A stretch of 64,000 bases of DNA from Takakia lepidozioides (GCA_030704615.1 CM060733.1:20708001-20772000); one strand, 5' to 3'; shown: positions 1 through 12,072, counted from the stretch's first letter. Translations and numbers: made by a program. Notes: generated by a model not told the origin, from the letters alone.

Positions 1-388
1 ATGCAACATTTTATCTGACCTGGCATCCGACGTGGCTACCAGTGTTATTGTGATGTTTGTTCTTGTGGTAGTTACCACCGAGAAGATACCACGACCACAG
101 TTTTCAATGGAAAGCTTGATGGTAGCTAAACGCTGGAAAAACCAATCACATAACTCGATGTTACGTTAGCACCATTTTGAAACATGACCCCGCCCCCGCT
201 CCATCTTCCCCGCTTCAATATTCAAATGAGGATATCAGTTGCATCTGCATCATCGATCTCTCATACTTCAGAGATACTTCAGAGACAAAGCTCTCAGTTC
301 ACAGCGCTCCCATTTCACATGACTCCCAATGCAGAGCAGATCCTGAGCAGATTGGTTTCTCAAGTCCTTCTAGTTCTTTTTTTTCTCA

Positions 389-1485
389 GTGCTTTGTACA
401 GTCACCATGTCGGTCTTTGGTGCCAGGATCAGTGACACCATGTATGGTATGAATGAGGGTGCAGTGCATCAAGGTGAAGAGCCGAGTCAAGACAAAGAAG
501 TGAATAAAGCATTTGGGCCTTCTAGAGGTGGCAGAGCACCACAGCCTGGGGGAAGAGGCAAGAAAGGCAAACAAGTTGTTGTATCATCATATTCAACTTT
601 GGAAGTGAGAACCAAGAGGCCTCGCCAACCCAATTGGGAACACGACGAAGTGATGTCTCTGATCAAAGACAAAATAAATGAACATATGGCATCCATTGAA
701 AAGGTGGATCCGAGAGATCAATTTAAATCAGCAGTCACCAAGTGGAAGAAAATTGCTACACTTGTCATGGCCGAGGGCAACTCTACCTACACAAGGAATG
801 GGCCTGCATGCAAAGATAAATGGGGAGCCATCTATGGTGACTTCAAACGGATCTTGGACTACATGAATGACACAGGCTCAACGGGGAGTACTGGGAATGA
901 GTCCACATGACAGATTGCGTTGAGCCTACCCAGACATTTCAACAAAAGATGTAGTACAGCTATTGATGCATTTATGGGCGCTAGACCAATTTTCAGGCCC
1001 CCACATGCACGAGATTACATCCTCGACGACGATACAGTTTACACTCCTATCGGTTTTTCTGACGATGCACTTTCAACAGAACAAACGACCCAGGATCTGA
1101 ATTCTCCACCAAGGATGAATACGATGAATCCTAATTCTGACACAGACCAGGGATTGCAAGGTGATTGGCAAGTACCCAACGTCTTTTCTCCCTCCATTCC
1201 TACATCTGTACCACCGTTTGTGACCCCTATAACCGAACCTGTGTTCATCCCTCATAGATGCACAACTGATGTGCCTCGTCAACCTCGGGCAACATCTCCA
1301 ATTCATACCACCTCTCAGTCGACCTCCCCACCTCCATTTGCACCAAGCAAGAGGCCTGGAAACAGAGGTGTAAAACGGAATTCATCATCTATGCACAAGG
1401 ACATGGTGGAGGCCACTGAGAAATGCAGTAAACTGCTAGCAGAATCTCTTGATCGCATACACGAGACGAGTTTGGTCATTGAAGA
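389..1485 (+). pseudogene. Harbinger Myb/SANT-like (trihelix) DNA-binding protein, 5' part
   Basis: RQPNWEHDEVMSLIK...WKKIATLVMAEG...RNGPACKDKWGAIYGDFKRI trihelix signature, then a Pro/Ser/Thr-rich linker; broken near 910 and cut by the insertion at 1486. Confidence 0.8.
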
Positions 1486-1809
1486 TGTCAAGTTATTTTA
1501 CCACTAGTATGAAACTAGCTAGGAAATAGCTAGCTTTTACATATTGACATTTGGGATTGGCCCAAGTGTCAATCCAGGGTCAAGGCAGATTTAGGCCCTG
1601 GAGTGGTTATCTTCACGGCAAGCGCGGGAGGCTCATCTTTCTCGAGTTGAGCCTCACCGCGCCTAGCTATGGCGCCGTAGTGTGGATTCCCCATGGCGTG
1701 GGGCACTTGGCTTGACTTGTATTTGAGTGATGAGGTTATATATGCATGAGTTTATGCTTCAGCTTTGTGAGCTCGCATGAGCTTGTGCTTGTATTCTTCT
1801 TCTTTATCA
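1486..1809 (+). repeat. Terminal repeat A1 (3' part of the LTR)
   Basis: TGTCAAG...TTTATCA; nearly identical to 12253-12579 (3 substitutions and 2 small indels counted by eye). Confidence 0.95.
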
Positions 1810-1825
1810 CTCGAGAAAGATGAGC
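1810..1825 (+). promoter_or_regulatory. Putative self-priming primer-binding site
   Basis: CTCGAGAAAGATGAGC directly follows the LTR-terminal CA and is the exact reverse complement of 1631-1646; no TGG-starting tRNA-type PBS. Confidence 0.75.
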
Positions 1826-2504
1826 TCGTATCTGTGAGTGCCAGATACGAGTTAGTTGTAGCACTTGTGGTTTTTGCTTGAGAATGAGAGAAACCAAGTT
1901 GTTATGCAAGGAGCACCGTGGAGCTCTTGGTTGTTAGAAGCGGAGGCGATGTGGGTTACGAGGTGGTAGACCTTGGCATTCGATCTTCAGCTTCAGAGAT
2001 GAAAGCACCATGCTGCAGGTAATTCCAGAGCACCTTGATGGTTTCAGATTGTGTACATGCATGAGCAAGCACGATTGGGAAGAGGACCAGTCAAGAGCAG
2101 GTTATAGTGGCTTTGGTGGCAAAGCTGAGAACTGGACTTGGGAATGCGAGCTTTCATTGTGTGAAGGATTGCAAGACCAAGCGAAAGGGCTGATTTGGCT
2201 TGGGGCAAATCAGTGCACTTTGTGGAGTATGGTGAGATTGGGTTTCAATCTCGAGCTTCAGCATTGAGAGGGCTCTTGTCATGGCAAGAGCAGGGCTGGA
2301 ACAGGAGCTAAGAGGTGCGGCAAGGCCATGGAATGTGCACCTAGGGTTTCAGAGCTTGGAAGAAGAGCTCTTGCACACCAAAGAGAAGTGTCTTGTGGCT
2401 GGAAATGTAAGCCTTAGGGTTTCAGGAGCTTGGCAAAGGCTGTGGAGTGCTTAGTCTTGTCTTAGAGAGCATCAAGGAGCCAAGGAGCCAAGATAGGGGG
2501 CTGA

Positions 2505-2915
2505 TATCTCTTGTGTGAAGAGGTTGCATGTGTGGAGCATGTATTCAGCTCATTGAAGCTTCCATCTTCAAGCTTGGAGGGCAAGCAAGAAAGAGGGAAG
2601 GGCTGACTTCCCTTATGTGAGGGCAATGCATGTGTGGAGCATGCTATCAGCCTGTGAAGGCTTGCACTTTCAGGTGTGGGAGTGCAAGAAAGGAAGGAAG
2701 GGGCTGGTTTCCCTGTAGGGCATGTGGAGCATGCTTTCAGCCCTGCTGAAGCTTGTATTTTCAGGTTGTGGGTGCAAGAAATGAAGCAAAGGAGCTGATT
2801 CTCTTATGGTGAGAGTGGGGCATGTGTGGAGCATGCCTTCAGCCCATTGAGGCTCTTGTTTTCAAGCTTTAGAGAGCTAGAACGGAAGGTCTAGGGCTGG
2901 TTTCCACTTGGAGTG
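2505..2915 (+). repeat. About four degenerate ~100-bp tandem units in the retrotransposon leader
   Basis: Recurring GCATG(TG)TGGAGCATG...CAGC...TTCA(A/G)G...GCAAGAAA...GGGCTG at ~2527, 2629, 2720 and 2820. Confidence 0.75.
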
Positions 2916-3339
2916 AAAGAAAAGCACTTGTAGGGCCTATGTGAGTTGGGGTTTCAACTTCAAGCTTGAGGGAGCGCAACTCTTGAAGCAGCAGGTGTAG
3001 GGGGCTGGAATAGGCTCTAAGACAGATGCTATGGCCAAGGAAAGTGCTTGAATGAGTGCTCACAAGGGCTGGGAACCAGCAGGGCTTGGTTGTTTGCCAT
3101 TGAGTTTAGTGGCGTGTTTGGGGAGGCTAAGTGAGAAAAGGCTTGGTTTGTGGCAACCACCTCATGGCTTAGGGCTACTATGGTGGTGTGTGGGAGCCGA
3201 AAGAGCAAGAATACCTTGCTGATTTCCTCACAGCCGCCATAGCTCGGTGGAAAGAAGCCTAGAGTCCAAGAGACACAAACCCTAGCTTGGCGTGGCTAAA
3301 CCCCTTGGAGAAATGGCTAAACTGCCAGAGCGGCCATGG

Positions 3340-3800
3340 AGGGGCTGTGACGGGCTGTGAGGCCTGTGCCGGGTGGCCCTTCGGGTTTGTGACGGGCTGT
3401 GAGGGCCTGTGACGGCTGTGCCGGTGGGCCCCTGGGGGCTGTGATGGGCTGTGAGGGCTGTGCCGGTGGCCTTTTGGGGCTATGACAGGCTGTGCCCATG
3501 GCCTTTAGGGCTGTGATGGGCTGTGAGGGCTGTGACGTGACACAGGCCGTGCCTGAGGCCTTTGGGGCTGTGACGGGCTGTGAGGGGCTGTGACAGGCTG
3601 TGCCTAGTGGTCTGTGTGGCGTGACGGGCTGTGCAGGCTGTGACAGGCTTTGCCCAGTGGCCTTTGGGGCTGTGACGGGCTGTGACAACGCTGTGGCGAG
3701 CTTGCGCATGGGGGCTGTGACAAAGGCTGTGACAGGCTGTGCCCAGTGGCCTGTGGGACTGTGCGGCTGTGACCAGTGAGCTGTGTGGGCCTCTGCTGGT
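3340..3800 (+). repeat. GGGCTGTGAC-type minisatellite in the retrotransposon leader
   Basis: Dozens of GGCTGTGA/GGCTGTGC units. Confidence 0.9.
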
Positions 3801-4699
3801 CTGTGGGGCCTGTGTTGACCTGTGGACGGCCTGTGCTGACTCGTGGAGGCACTGGTGGACTGCCTGGACTGGCCGTGGTCTTGAAGGCCGAATTTTTGAA
3901 GCTCGTGGAAGGCGGTTGAGGAGTATCTTCATGATATTCCCATGGTCAGCGAGTGAGGGAGAGAGGAGAGAAGAGTGTTGGGATGAGGGCATGCTGGGGT
4001 TAGGCATTGCTTTAGCTTTCTTCCTCGTAGTTTCCACCACCCTCTCATTAAGCCAAGACCTTTCCGTAGTCAGTCCGGGTTTGGGCTGGGGTGTCCTTGC
4101 AGGAGCAACACCGTGGAGTTGTTTTTGGTGTGGGGGAGTTGTCGTTCTGATTTCTTATGTTTGGATCCCCTCCATACCTCCTGCATGCTTGACTCTGCAC
4201 CATGCTAGTTTTGTGTGGGCGCTTGTTTTTATATAGGTGATTGGTCCGGATTTGATCACCGGCCAGTCCTAGAGCATGCTGTCGATGGTGAGGCTGGGTG
4301 ATGACCAGCCAGACCATCATTGTTTTCTTCCTGTGGTGAGGTTGGAGGTGATGACCAGCCAACCATAGGATGCTTGCGGTGGATGCAGGTATAGGTGTAG
4401 GCTATGTTAGGAACTTAGTATTCCAAACCATAAGCCGCAACAGTTTCTCTACCCCGGTTACCTTGTGGAGAGGGGTTAGGGACATGTTCATGACCGGTTG
4501 AGTGTCAACACGGAGGTGCCACTAGTTGCTGGGGACAGTGCCGGTTCGAGCACTAGTGATACTAATGGGTACACGAGACGAGTGTGTGGTTTAGGCCACC
4601 TTCACCTCCTGGTCTCTCTACGGAGGTTCTGATTGGATTGTGAATCAGGAGGACTCATACCGCGGTGCAAGTTGTTTTTCTTGCCATTGTTGTGGGACA

Positions 4700-5800
4700 C
4701 AATGGAGGAGATGTATGGAGCTACCAAGGGGCCACGAAGGTACTCTGGGGCAGTGGGCACCATCGAGTTGGATGATTTTATCCAAGAGTTTGATAGTTGG
4801 TTGGTGTGATTTGCACAAATGCGCAATCCACAACTATTTACTACCCTTTCATGGCATGGAAGGGGCTGTTTCAGCACCTTGAGGGGGCCGCCTATGGATG
4901 ATTACCATGAGTTCAGGCGGGGGCATGAGGTTGAGATCGAGGAGTGGAGGATGTACTGGTCACCCGACTATGTCTCCATTACTAGGGGTACTAGAGCCAC
5001 CACGAGGGCAGTGGCTACAACCTGCCGCTGCACCGGCAGCTTCTCAAGTAGCAGTGGGACTAGTGGGACTGGTGGTACAGTAGCTACGACGTCCACCCAA
5101 GCCACTACCGCACCAGCACTAGCACCCGTGCCTGCCTTCAACCCTGTTGTGGAGTTCTTCGAAGAGTTGAGAGGAAACTACCAAGGGGTGAGGACAGAGA
5201 AGTTGCGGAGCTTGCAAGAGTTCCAACGGAAGCCGACCGAGAGCTTGAGGGAGGCTTTCACTCGCATGAGGCGCTTGATAAATGTAACCCAAGGGGTTAC
5301 GGAAGCTCAGGCAGTCCATTCTGGTATGGGATATTGGACAAGGAGCTGAGGAGAAGGGTGCGGGATGCAACTCTCCTACAAGCGGCCCAACCCACCTTAA
5401 CAAATGTGTTTTTGCTGGCAGAGCGGATAGAGCTCAACATGGTGGAGGAACGAGTTGGTCATGGTGGGATTTACTAAGGAGACACCACGGGGTATGGTGC
5501 TCCTAGCCAACCACTACCTCAACGTGCTCAAGGCAACAAGGGGGCTCAGGTGAAGCTTAGGGAAGGGCAGAGAGGACCTCAGATGCAGGGGTCTCTTCCT
5601 TCGTTTGCTGCCAACAACGGCGGATGTGGTGTGCTGGACATGTGGAGGACCCCATGTCAGAAGGATTGCCCAGAGGGAGGCAAAGGGCCGGCACATGCAC
5701 AGCCTACACAGTTGAGCAGTGTGGGCATTGTGGCAAGCACGGGCATGGAGAGGCCTAGTGTTATGGTTTGCATCCTGAGTTGCGCCCAGGGTCAGTTCCA
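4700..5800 (+). pseudogene. gag: Gypsy gag (capsid-like domain plus two zinc knuckles), frameshifted
   Basis: FFEELRGNYQGVRTEKLRSLQEFQRKPTESLREAFTRMRRL; knuckles CWTCGGPH..KDC (~5633) and CGHCGKHGHGEA*C (~5720). Confidence 0.8.
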
Positions 5801-6619
5801 AGGGAACAATGGTGGCCGGGGCGAGGTGGAGCAGCCCAGAGGACGAGGTGGCCAACCACGAGGTGCAGCCAAGGGCAAGCTCAAATGGCCAAGGACGCGG
5901 AGGTCAGGGTGTTGACCAAGGCATGGCCAACCGGCTTCAGCACTAGAGCAGACGCTCGCTGCCATGACTACAGCTCAGGTGGTACCGGCTCTAAGGCCGG
6001 ATGGTCCACCTCTTGCTCCTGAGGGAGGAGATATGGGAGCATGGGATTCATGTGTGGAGCAGCACTACCACTAGTGCAGGTGGAGTCTACTGCAGTCGTG
6101 ACTCAAGGAGCAGCACGAGTTCCTGAGCCACGAGGTACAGAGGTGGAGTTGGATCCACAGCGTGGGGAGGCAAGCCGTCAGGCTAGGCTTCCTCAGTCAT
6201 TCACATTGGCGAGACAGTGTCGACGCCATCCATGGCACCTAGTTCTCGCCCAACTGTTACCCGAGGCGGAGGTTACTATGCCATTGGGGAGAGCTACACG
6301 GGTAGCACCACTACCTAGTGTTGCCAAGCTACGGCAGCTAGTGTGCTGCTAGGAGCAAGCCACATCTGTGTGCCAGGCTCCATTGTTCTCGGCTACCATG
6401 ATTGCGACGCCGGGGGTAAGACCACTGAGGTGTTCAGGCTGGCAGCTACACTCTGTGAGAGTGGGGATTTTACGTCATCTTCTGCGGAGATAGTGGGAGG
6501 TGTAGTTCCGGAGGGATCCTCGGATTTGAGGGTCAAGACTGCCACGACGGCGCCATGGCAAGCTGCAGCTGCCAGGTTGATGAAGCTGCCAACTAGGCCA
6601 GCCATTGAGCGCGCCATGT

Positions 6620-7030
6620 GACACCTGGAGTTGTCATGTTAGACAACTAGATGACATTTTCTGTTGGGGTGGACCGGCAGGCAAGAGGTACCCACCGGCC
6701 ACTGCGGGTCTTGTTGGACTCGGGAGCTCAGCCATTGATGCTGGGCAGAGCTGCTATTGCAGGCTTGGGCCTCACGAAGGCGGATATGAGCCTTGTCCTT
6801 TCCAGATACAGACGTCTCTGGGAGGATCGGAGCAGGCTCGGGGCATGACACGGCGTGAGTTGGCTATCAGACTACGGCCCGGATCACCCTACAATAGCTC
6901 AGTGATGCGAGCCAAGGCCATTGTGACAGACGCGGTCTCATACGATGTCCTGGTTGGTGGGCCAGTGTTGTACCCCATGGGCTTTACCCTGGATTTTTTG
7001 GGAGGAGTCAGCTTTCTATAGGCCTGCCAT
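6620..7030 (+). pseudogene. Retropepsin-like aspartic protease
   Basis: RVLLDSGAQ catalytic motif and downstream YDVLVGG...MGFTLDF. Confidence 0.85.
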
Positions 7031-7419
7031 TGGCAGTCAGGGGAGGGCCGGCGTGTGTAGCTCCCTATGACTTCATAGGAGGAGTTGCGGTTGCCCAACG
7101 AGGCAAGATGCCGACACTAGCACATTCAAAGCGGCAGTGAGTTGGCCTAGAGAGTTGCTTGAGGGCAACGATCATTCAGAGGATGTGCCACCTCCGGGAG
7201 AGCATGATGACATGTATGGTATGGCGGAGTTGCCTACCATGGTTGCTCAGACTCCATTGTGGGCCACGAGCAAGGATTTGCAGAGGGATGCTGATAGACG
7301 GGTGCAACAAGCCTGGGTGGAGGCTTTTTACCGTCAGGAGAGGAGGAGAGTGCGGGGATTGCACCAGGACCACCTCAGTTGTCTCCATTGGACACCACAC
7401 CATGTGGCAGTATCCGGAT

Positions 7420-8400
7420 GAAAGCATTTGTCTTCTGGACTTTTTTGGCGGGATCAAACACCCGGATTGGCTGCTGTGGTACACAAGGCAGGTGTACGAG
7501 TTCGGCGTTACCTGTACGTGGAGAGGGATGAGACTGCACGACGCGTTTCACTTCGCCATGTTGCTCAGTTGGTGCAGCGGTACCCTGAGTTATTGTCGGT
7601 GTCTGCAATTCGTGGATATCAGTAGGCCTTGCCAGCAACATTTCGTTGCTGGGGGCACAGGATTTGGAGCGGGTTGGCTCCATTGATCTGGTATTGGCAG
7701 GTTGGCCCTGCCAAGGGCATTCATCAGCCGGGCATGGCAATGGATTCGAGACTCGAGGTCGGGTCTGTTTTGGGAGATGGGCGGGTTTTGCGCCACTTGC
7801 AGCTTCATCAAGCTGTATCTACCAGGCATACATCTTGGAGAATGTGCCACTGATGGGCGATTCTCGGGCCAGGGTGATGGCCAGTGTGCATCAGTCCGTT
7901 CATGGCTTAGGTCAGCAGTGTTGCTAGATGCAGCTACAGTGGGGTCACGGGCTTATCGTCCACGGCTATGGTGGACTAACTGATGCCACCCGCACTGCTC
8001 AAAGCGTGCATTTGATTGGGGTGCAGCGCCAGCACATCTCACAGTGGATAGCATTCTGGACACAGGGAGGCAGTCTCAGCGTGTGAGACACGATGACCGT
8101 TTGCCTTTGGCAGTGGTCACAAGGTGGGTCAACCACGAGCAGCATTACCTACATTGCTCAGTTTCCCAGGATCGCATGCTTTCTGGGATAGTGGATCTGG
8201 CCTCCTGTGGGATGCTCATTTTGTAGTAGTTAGTGGAGCTAATGCTGACGAGCGTGAGCGGGCAATGGGTTTTACCACTGGTACCACCACGGCGGTGTCG
8301 TCTCTTTCTGAGGCATCACGTCGTCAAAGTGTTGGGGCAAGCAATGGATCTCAATTGCTTGACCTGGATTATCAGCTTGGCTCTGGCTGAGCAACGCAGA
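7420..8400 (+). pseudogene. C5 cytosine DNA methyltransferase domain (DNMT3-like) within the polyprotein, copy 1, frameshifted
   Basis: Motif I CLLDFFGGI, motif IV DLVLAGWPCQGHS, motif VI YILENV, motif VIII AYRPRLWWTN, motif IX ADERERAMGF, motif X VLGQAMD, in canonical order. Confidence 0.9.
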
Positions 8401-8789
8401 GTGCGGAGTACACTTCCCTCGATGGTCTCTCTGCCTACCGATACGGTACAGGCAGTGAGTGGGGGCGAGCATGTGAGGACCACGGGGTGCATACATCCAT
8501 GGCACACGTGGGAGGTGCTCGAGGTTCAGGGGAGTTGGCAGCCAAGGCGGCTGTGATGGATGAGGTTGGGGATTCTTGCCGGTTGAGGAGGTCCTCAAGG
8601 ATGAGATGATGGGGCAGGATGATGCCTTGTCATTGACTGAGCAGGCAGGGAGTACTGCTCAAGAGGTTGCAACATAGCAACCACTGGACGCGTCCTTACC
8701 TCTAAGCCCACTGGACTTAAGGTTGCAGTTACGGAGGACAATTGGGAGCCTGACATTGGACCCATTGTCACCGAGGAGAGAGACGACGT

Positions 8790-10170
8790 ATACGGCGGTT
8801 CCTGAGGGCTTACAAGAATTGCTTTGCCTTCAGTTTGAAGGACTTGGGAGCACTGAAGGGTCAAGAGATCCGTATTGAGTTGGCCACTGACACGCCAATC
8901 TTTCGGAGACCCTATAGATACAGTGACATGGAGAGGTCTTTGATAAGATGAGGACTCAAGATCTCTGGGAGGCAGGTTTGGTGGAGCTCTCTGGTGGAGA
9001 GTATGCTTCAGCCACAGTGATGCCAGCCAAGAAGGATGTCTATGGCAATTGGACGGAGAGACGTATGTGCGGTGATTACCGGCCTGTAAATCGTCAGACC
9101 AAGTCCGATAAGTATGCCATGCCAACACCAGAGGAGATCTTTGATGCCATCGGGCATGCTAAGGCCTTTAGCACTTTCGATTTACGATCCGGATATCACC
9201 AGTTGCCAATCAAGGAGGCGGACAAGCAGAAGACGACATTCTGGGGGATCAATGAGCACGGCAAGGATTGCCTATATCAGTTGGCGGTTTCTTACTATTT
9301 GGGCTTAAGAATGCTCCTACAGAGTTTCAGAGAGTCATGGATATGATTCTAGCAGGGGTGGACTTTGCTCGGTGCTACATAGATGACATCATCATCTTTA
9401 GTGTTACGATGGAGGAGCATGAGAGACACCTTCAGGTGGTATTGGAGCGCTTGAGAGCGCACGGATTGAAGTTCCATCCGGGCAAGTGCAAGTTTTTTCA
9501 CAACCAGATTGAGTATCTGGGTCATATGATATATCCTGGAGGATTGGGGGTACAGCAGACTAAGGTAGAGGCCATCGCACAAATTCCACGCCCCACGGAT
9601 GTGAGCCGAGTTCGAGCTTTCATGGGGTTGGCAAAACTATTATAGACGGTTTGTCAAGGGATTTAGTACCATTGCAAAGGCTCTAACCAAGCTGACCAAG
9701 GTGGACCAAGAGTGGCAGTGGGAAGATGAGCATGAACGAGCTTTTCAAGAGCTCAAGGTGAGGTTGACCTCGGCGCCTATCCTGAGACGACCTATCAGGG
9801 GGCGTCCCTTTCAGCTGCATACGGATTGGAGCATGTTGGGGCTTGGAGCGGTGCTCACACAGGTGGATGATGAGGGAAGAGAGTTCGTAGTGGTTTATGC
9901 TAGCCGCTCGAACAACGCTGGAGAGGCTAAGTACAGCTCATATGAGGGAGAGTGCTTAGCTGCAGTGTGGGCCGTGGCACACTTCAGGTGCTATCTATAC
10001 GGCAATCTTTTCACCCTTGTCACGGATCACCAACCACTCAAGTGGTTGATAGAGTCAGACAAGCTACGGGGAAGCTTGCACGGTGGGCACTCATACTCCA
10101 GGAGTATGACTTTCAGGTTGTGCATCGACCGGGTTTGGTCAATCGGGATGCGGATGGATTGAGTCGCAAT
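8790..10170 (+). pseudogene. pol: Reverse transcriptase and RNase H (Ty3/Gypsy)
   Basis: RMCGDYRPVN, DLRSGYHQL, FGLKNAP, YIDD, YLGH; RNase H FQLHTDWS..GLGAVLTQ, TDHQPLKW, NRDADGLSR. Confidence 0.95.
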
Positions 10171-10519
10171 CCATGCACGAGCCAACATGATGACATTGGA
10201 GCTCGGTGGCATGGTGAGACGGACGAGGAGATGGTGCCGAGATGGCACGCATCTGCATTTTTGTGTATCTTGGAATCGGGAGGTCAGGTTGGACCTACTA
10301 CAGGGATGACTGTAGACGGAGTGTCTGAGGACCGTGAGGCTAGTGATGAGCCAGGTGGTGCCAGAGATATACATGAGGATTCGGCTGTGTGGACTACTCC
10401 GCACGGGAGCCACGACAGCCACTGTGACTGCCAGGGAGAGGGATCGGATCCTGCAACGAGCCAAGAGGTTCAAGTGGGAGGGGATACACCTACTCACTAC
10501 TTCAAGTGTGGAGGATGAT

Positions 10520-11813
10520 CGGGTGAGGATTGTGCTTCACCCCACACAGCGTGCACGGTTAGTGCGGCATGCCCATGAGGAATTGGGGCATTTTGGAGTG
10601 CGACGCACTCACAGTTTACTGCAGGGGCAGTATTGGTGGCGTGGTATGCATACAGAGGTGCAACAGTTCGTGGCTAGGTGCATGTGTGTGACAGGGTGCG
10701 TGCTTCATTTCAACGCCCCTACACCACAGTTGCATCCTTTACCAATCATGGGATTGGGCTACAGGTGGAGTCTTGACTTCGCAGGACCGTTGCCACTGAC
10801 TATGCGCCACCACAGATATGTGTTGGTGATGGTGGAGCACTTCTCCAAGTGGGTTGAGTTGGTTCCATTGCCTGACAAGGCTAGTGAGGGGGCTGCGTAT
10901 GCATCTTGGATCGTGTGCTTAGCCGATTTGGTGCTCCAGCTGAGGTACTCACGGACCAAGGGAGAGAGTTCTTGGGGGAGTTTCAAGCTTTGTGTAATAA
11001 AGCCTTGATAGACCACCGCACCACTTCTCGAGATCATCCTGAGGCCGATGGCTTGGCAGAGAGAGTTGTTCAGACGGTGAAGAGGGGTTTGCGCAAGTAT
11101 GGCTTACAGAAGGGACACCTAGGAGATTGGGATCTTCAGGTTCCTTGGTTAGTCATGGGCTACAGGTTCAGCAAACAAACATCACTTGCCTCCTTCTCAC
11201 CATATTTCCTTTTCTTTGCCTGAGAGCCGGATTTGCCTGCAGCCATTCGTAGGGACACTGCTCAAGTCCTTAACCTTGACGATCCGGACGTGTGGGTACG
11301 TGCATGTGATCAGCATGCAGAATTGTTCAAGAAAGTCATGCCCATGGCTTTTGAGAACCTTGCCATTGCACAGCACCGTGATACGTTGAGGTATGCCACT
11401 ATACGTGGTGGAGGATATCGTCCTGGGTTCGAAGGTTTAGCCCTGGTGACTATGTTTATTTGCAGCAGACTGCTCCTACGACTCTGGATGTTACTGCAGG
11501 GCGTGTTATTCTGAGGGTTCGAGAGGTGTTGCCCTCAGGGGTCCTAATCTTGGAGGGTCGGGATGACATGACTTGGAAGGACCATGTGCGTAATTGTGCG
11601 CCATGTCACCTTCCCAATGTCGATGGCAGAGTTGACCCAAACTTGGCAGTGGTACCTGCAGGTTTGAGGTGCATGCTCTGTGGGTCTGCCAAAAGGGCAG
11701 CCACCATGCTGGTGTGTGATCGATGCTCAAGGGGTTGGCATATGGGATGTTTGATACCACCTCTTGAGAAGGTTCCTGACGGAGATTGGTTGTGTCCACA
11801 CTGCTTGGGATAG
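10520..11813 (+). pseudogene. DDE integrase with HHCC zinc finger and C-terminal PHD finger
   Basis: HEELGHFG...C; LDFAGP, TDQG, AERV; C4HC3 finger CMLC...LVCDRCSRGWHMGCLIPPLEKVPDGDWLCPHC at 11670-11804; stop at 11811-11813. Confidence 0.92.
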
Positions 11814-12062
11814 TGGTAGTGGACATGACTGGAGGCAACTAACAAGACATGGGAGGCCAAGCTCATAGGAGTCAATACATGAGATCCCAAGCTCAAGTTC
11901 ACAGGTTGCAAGACGGCGACTAACGATGGGGCAACTCTTGCACCCGGCCTCTTGATCTATCGAGTTTGAGTGTAGTAGGGATAGTGGTGGAAGACTTAGT
12001 GAGGCTATGGTCACTATCACATCTTGTGGCTACCTGGACTTAGAGGGACCTAAGCACCAGCT

Positions 12063-12072
12063 AGGGGGGCGA
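12063..12072 (+). promoter_or_regulatory. Polypurine tract
   Basis: AGGGGGGCGA just upstream of the TG that starts repeat B1. Confidence 0.75.

Noticed and set aside
3317-4362. ORFs of 80-190 aa on both strands
   Set aside because: Mostly generated by the stop-poor minisatellite and its flank; no recognisable domain.
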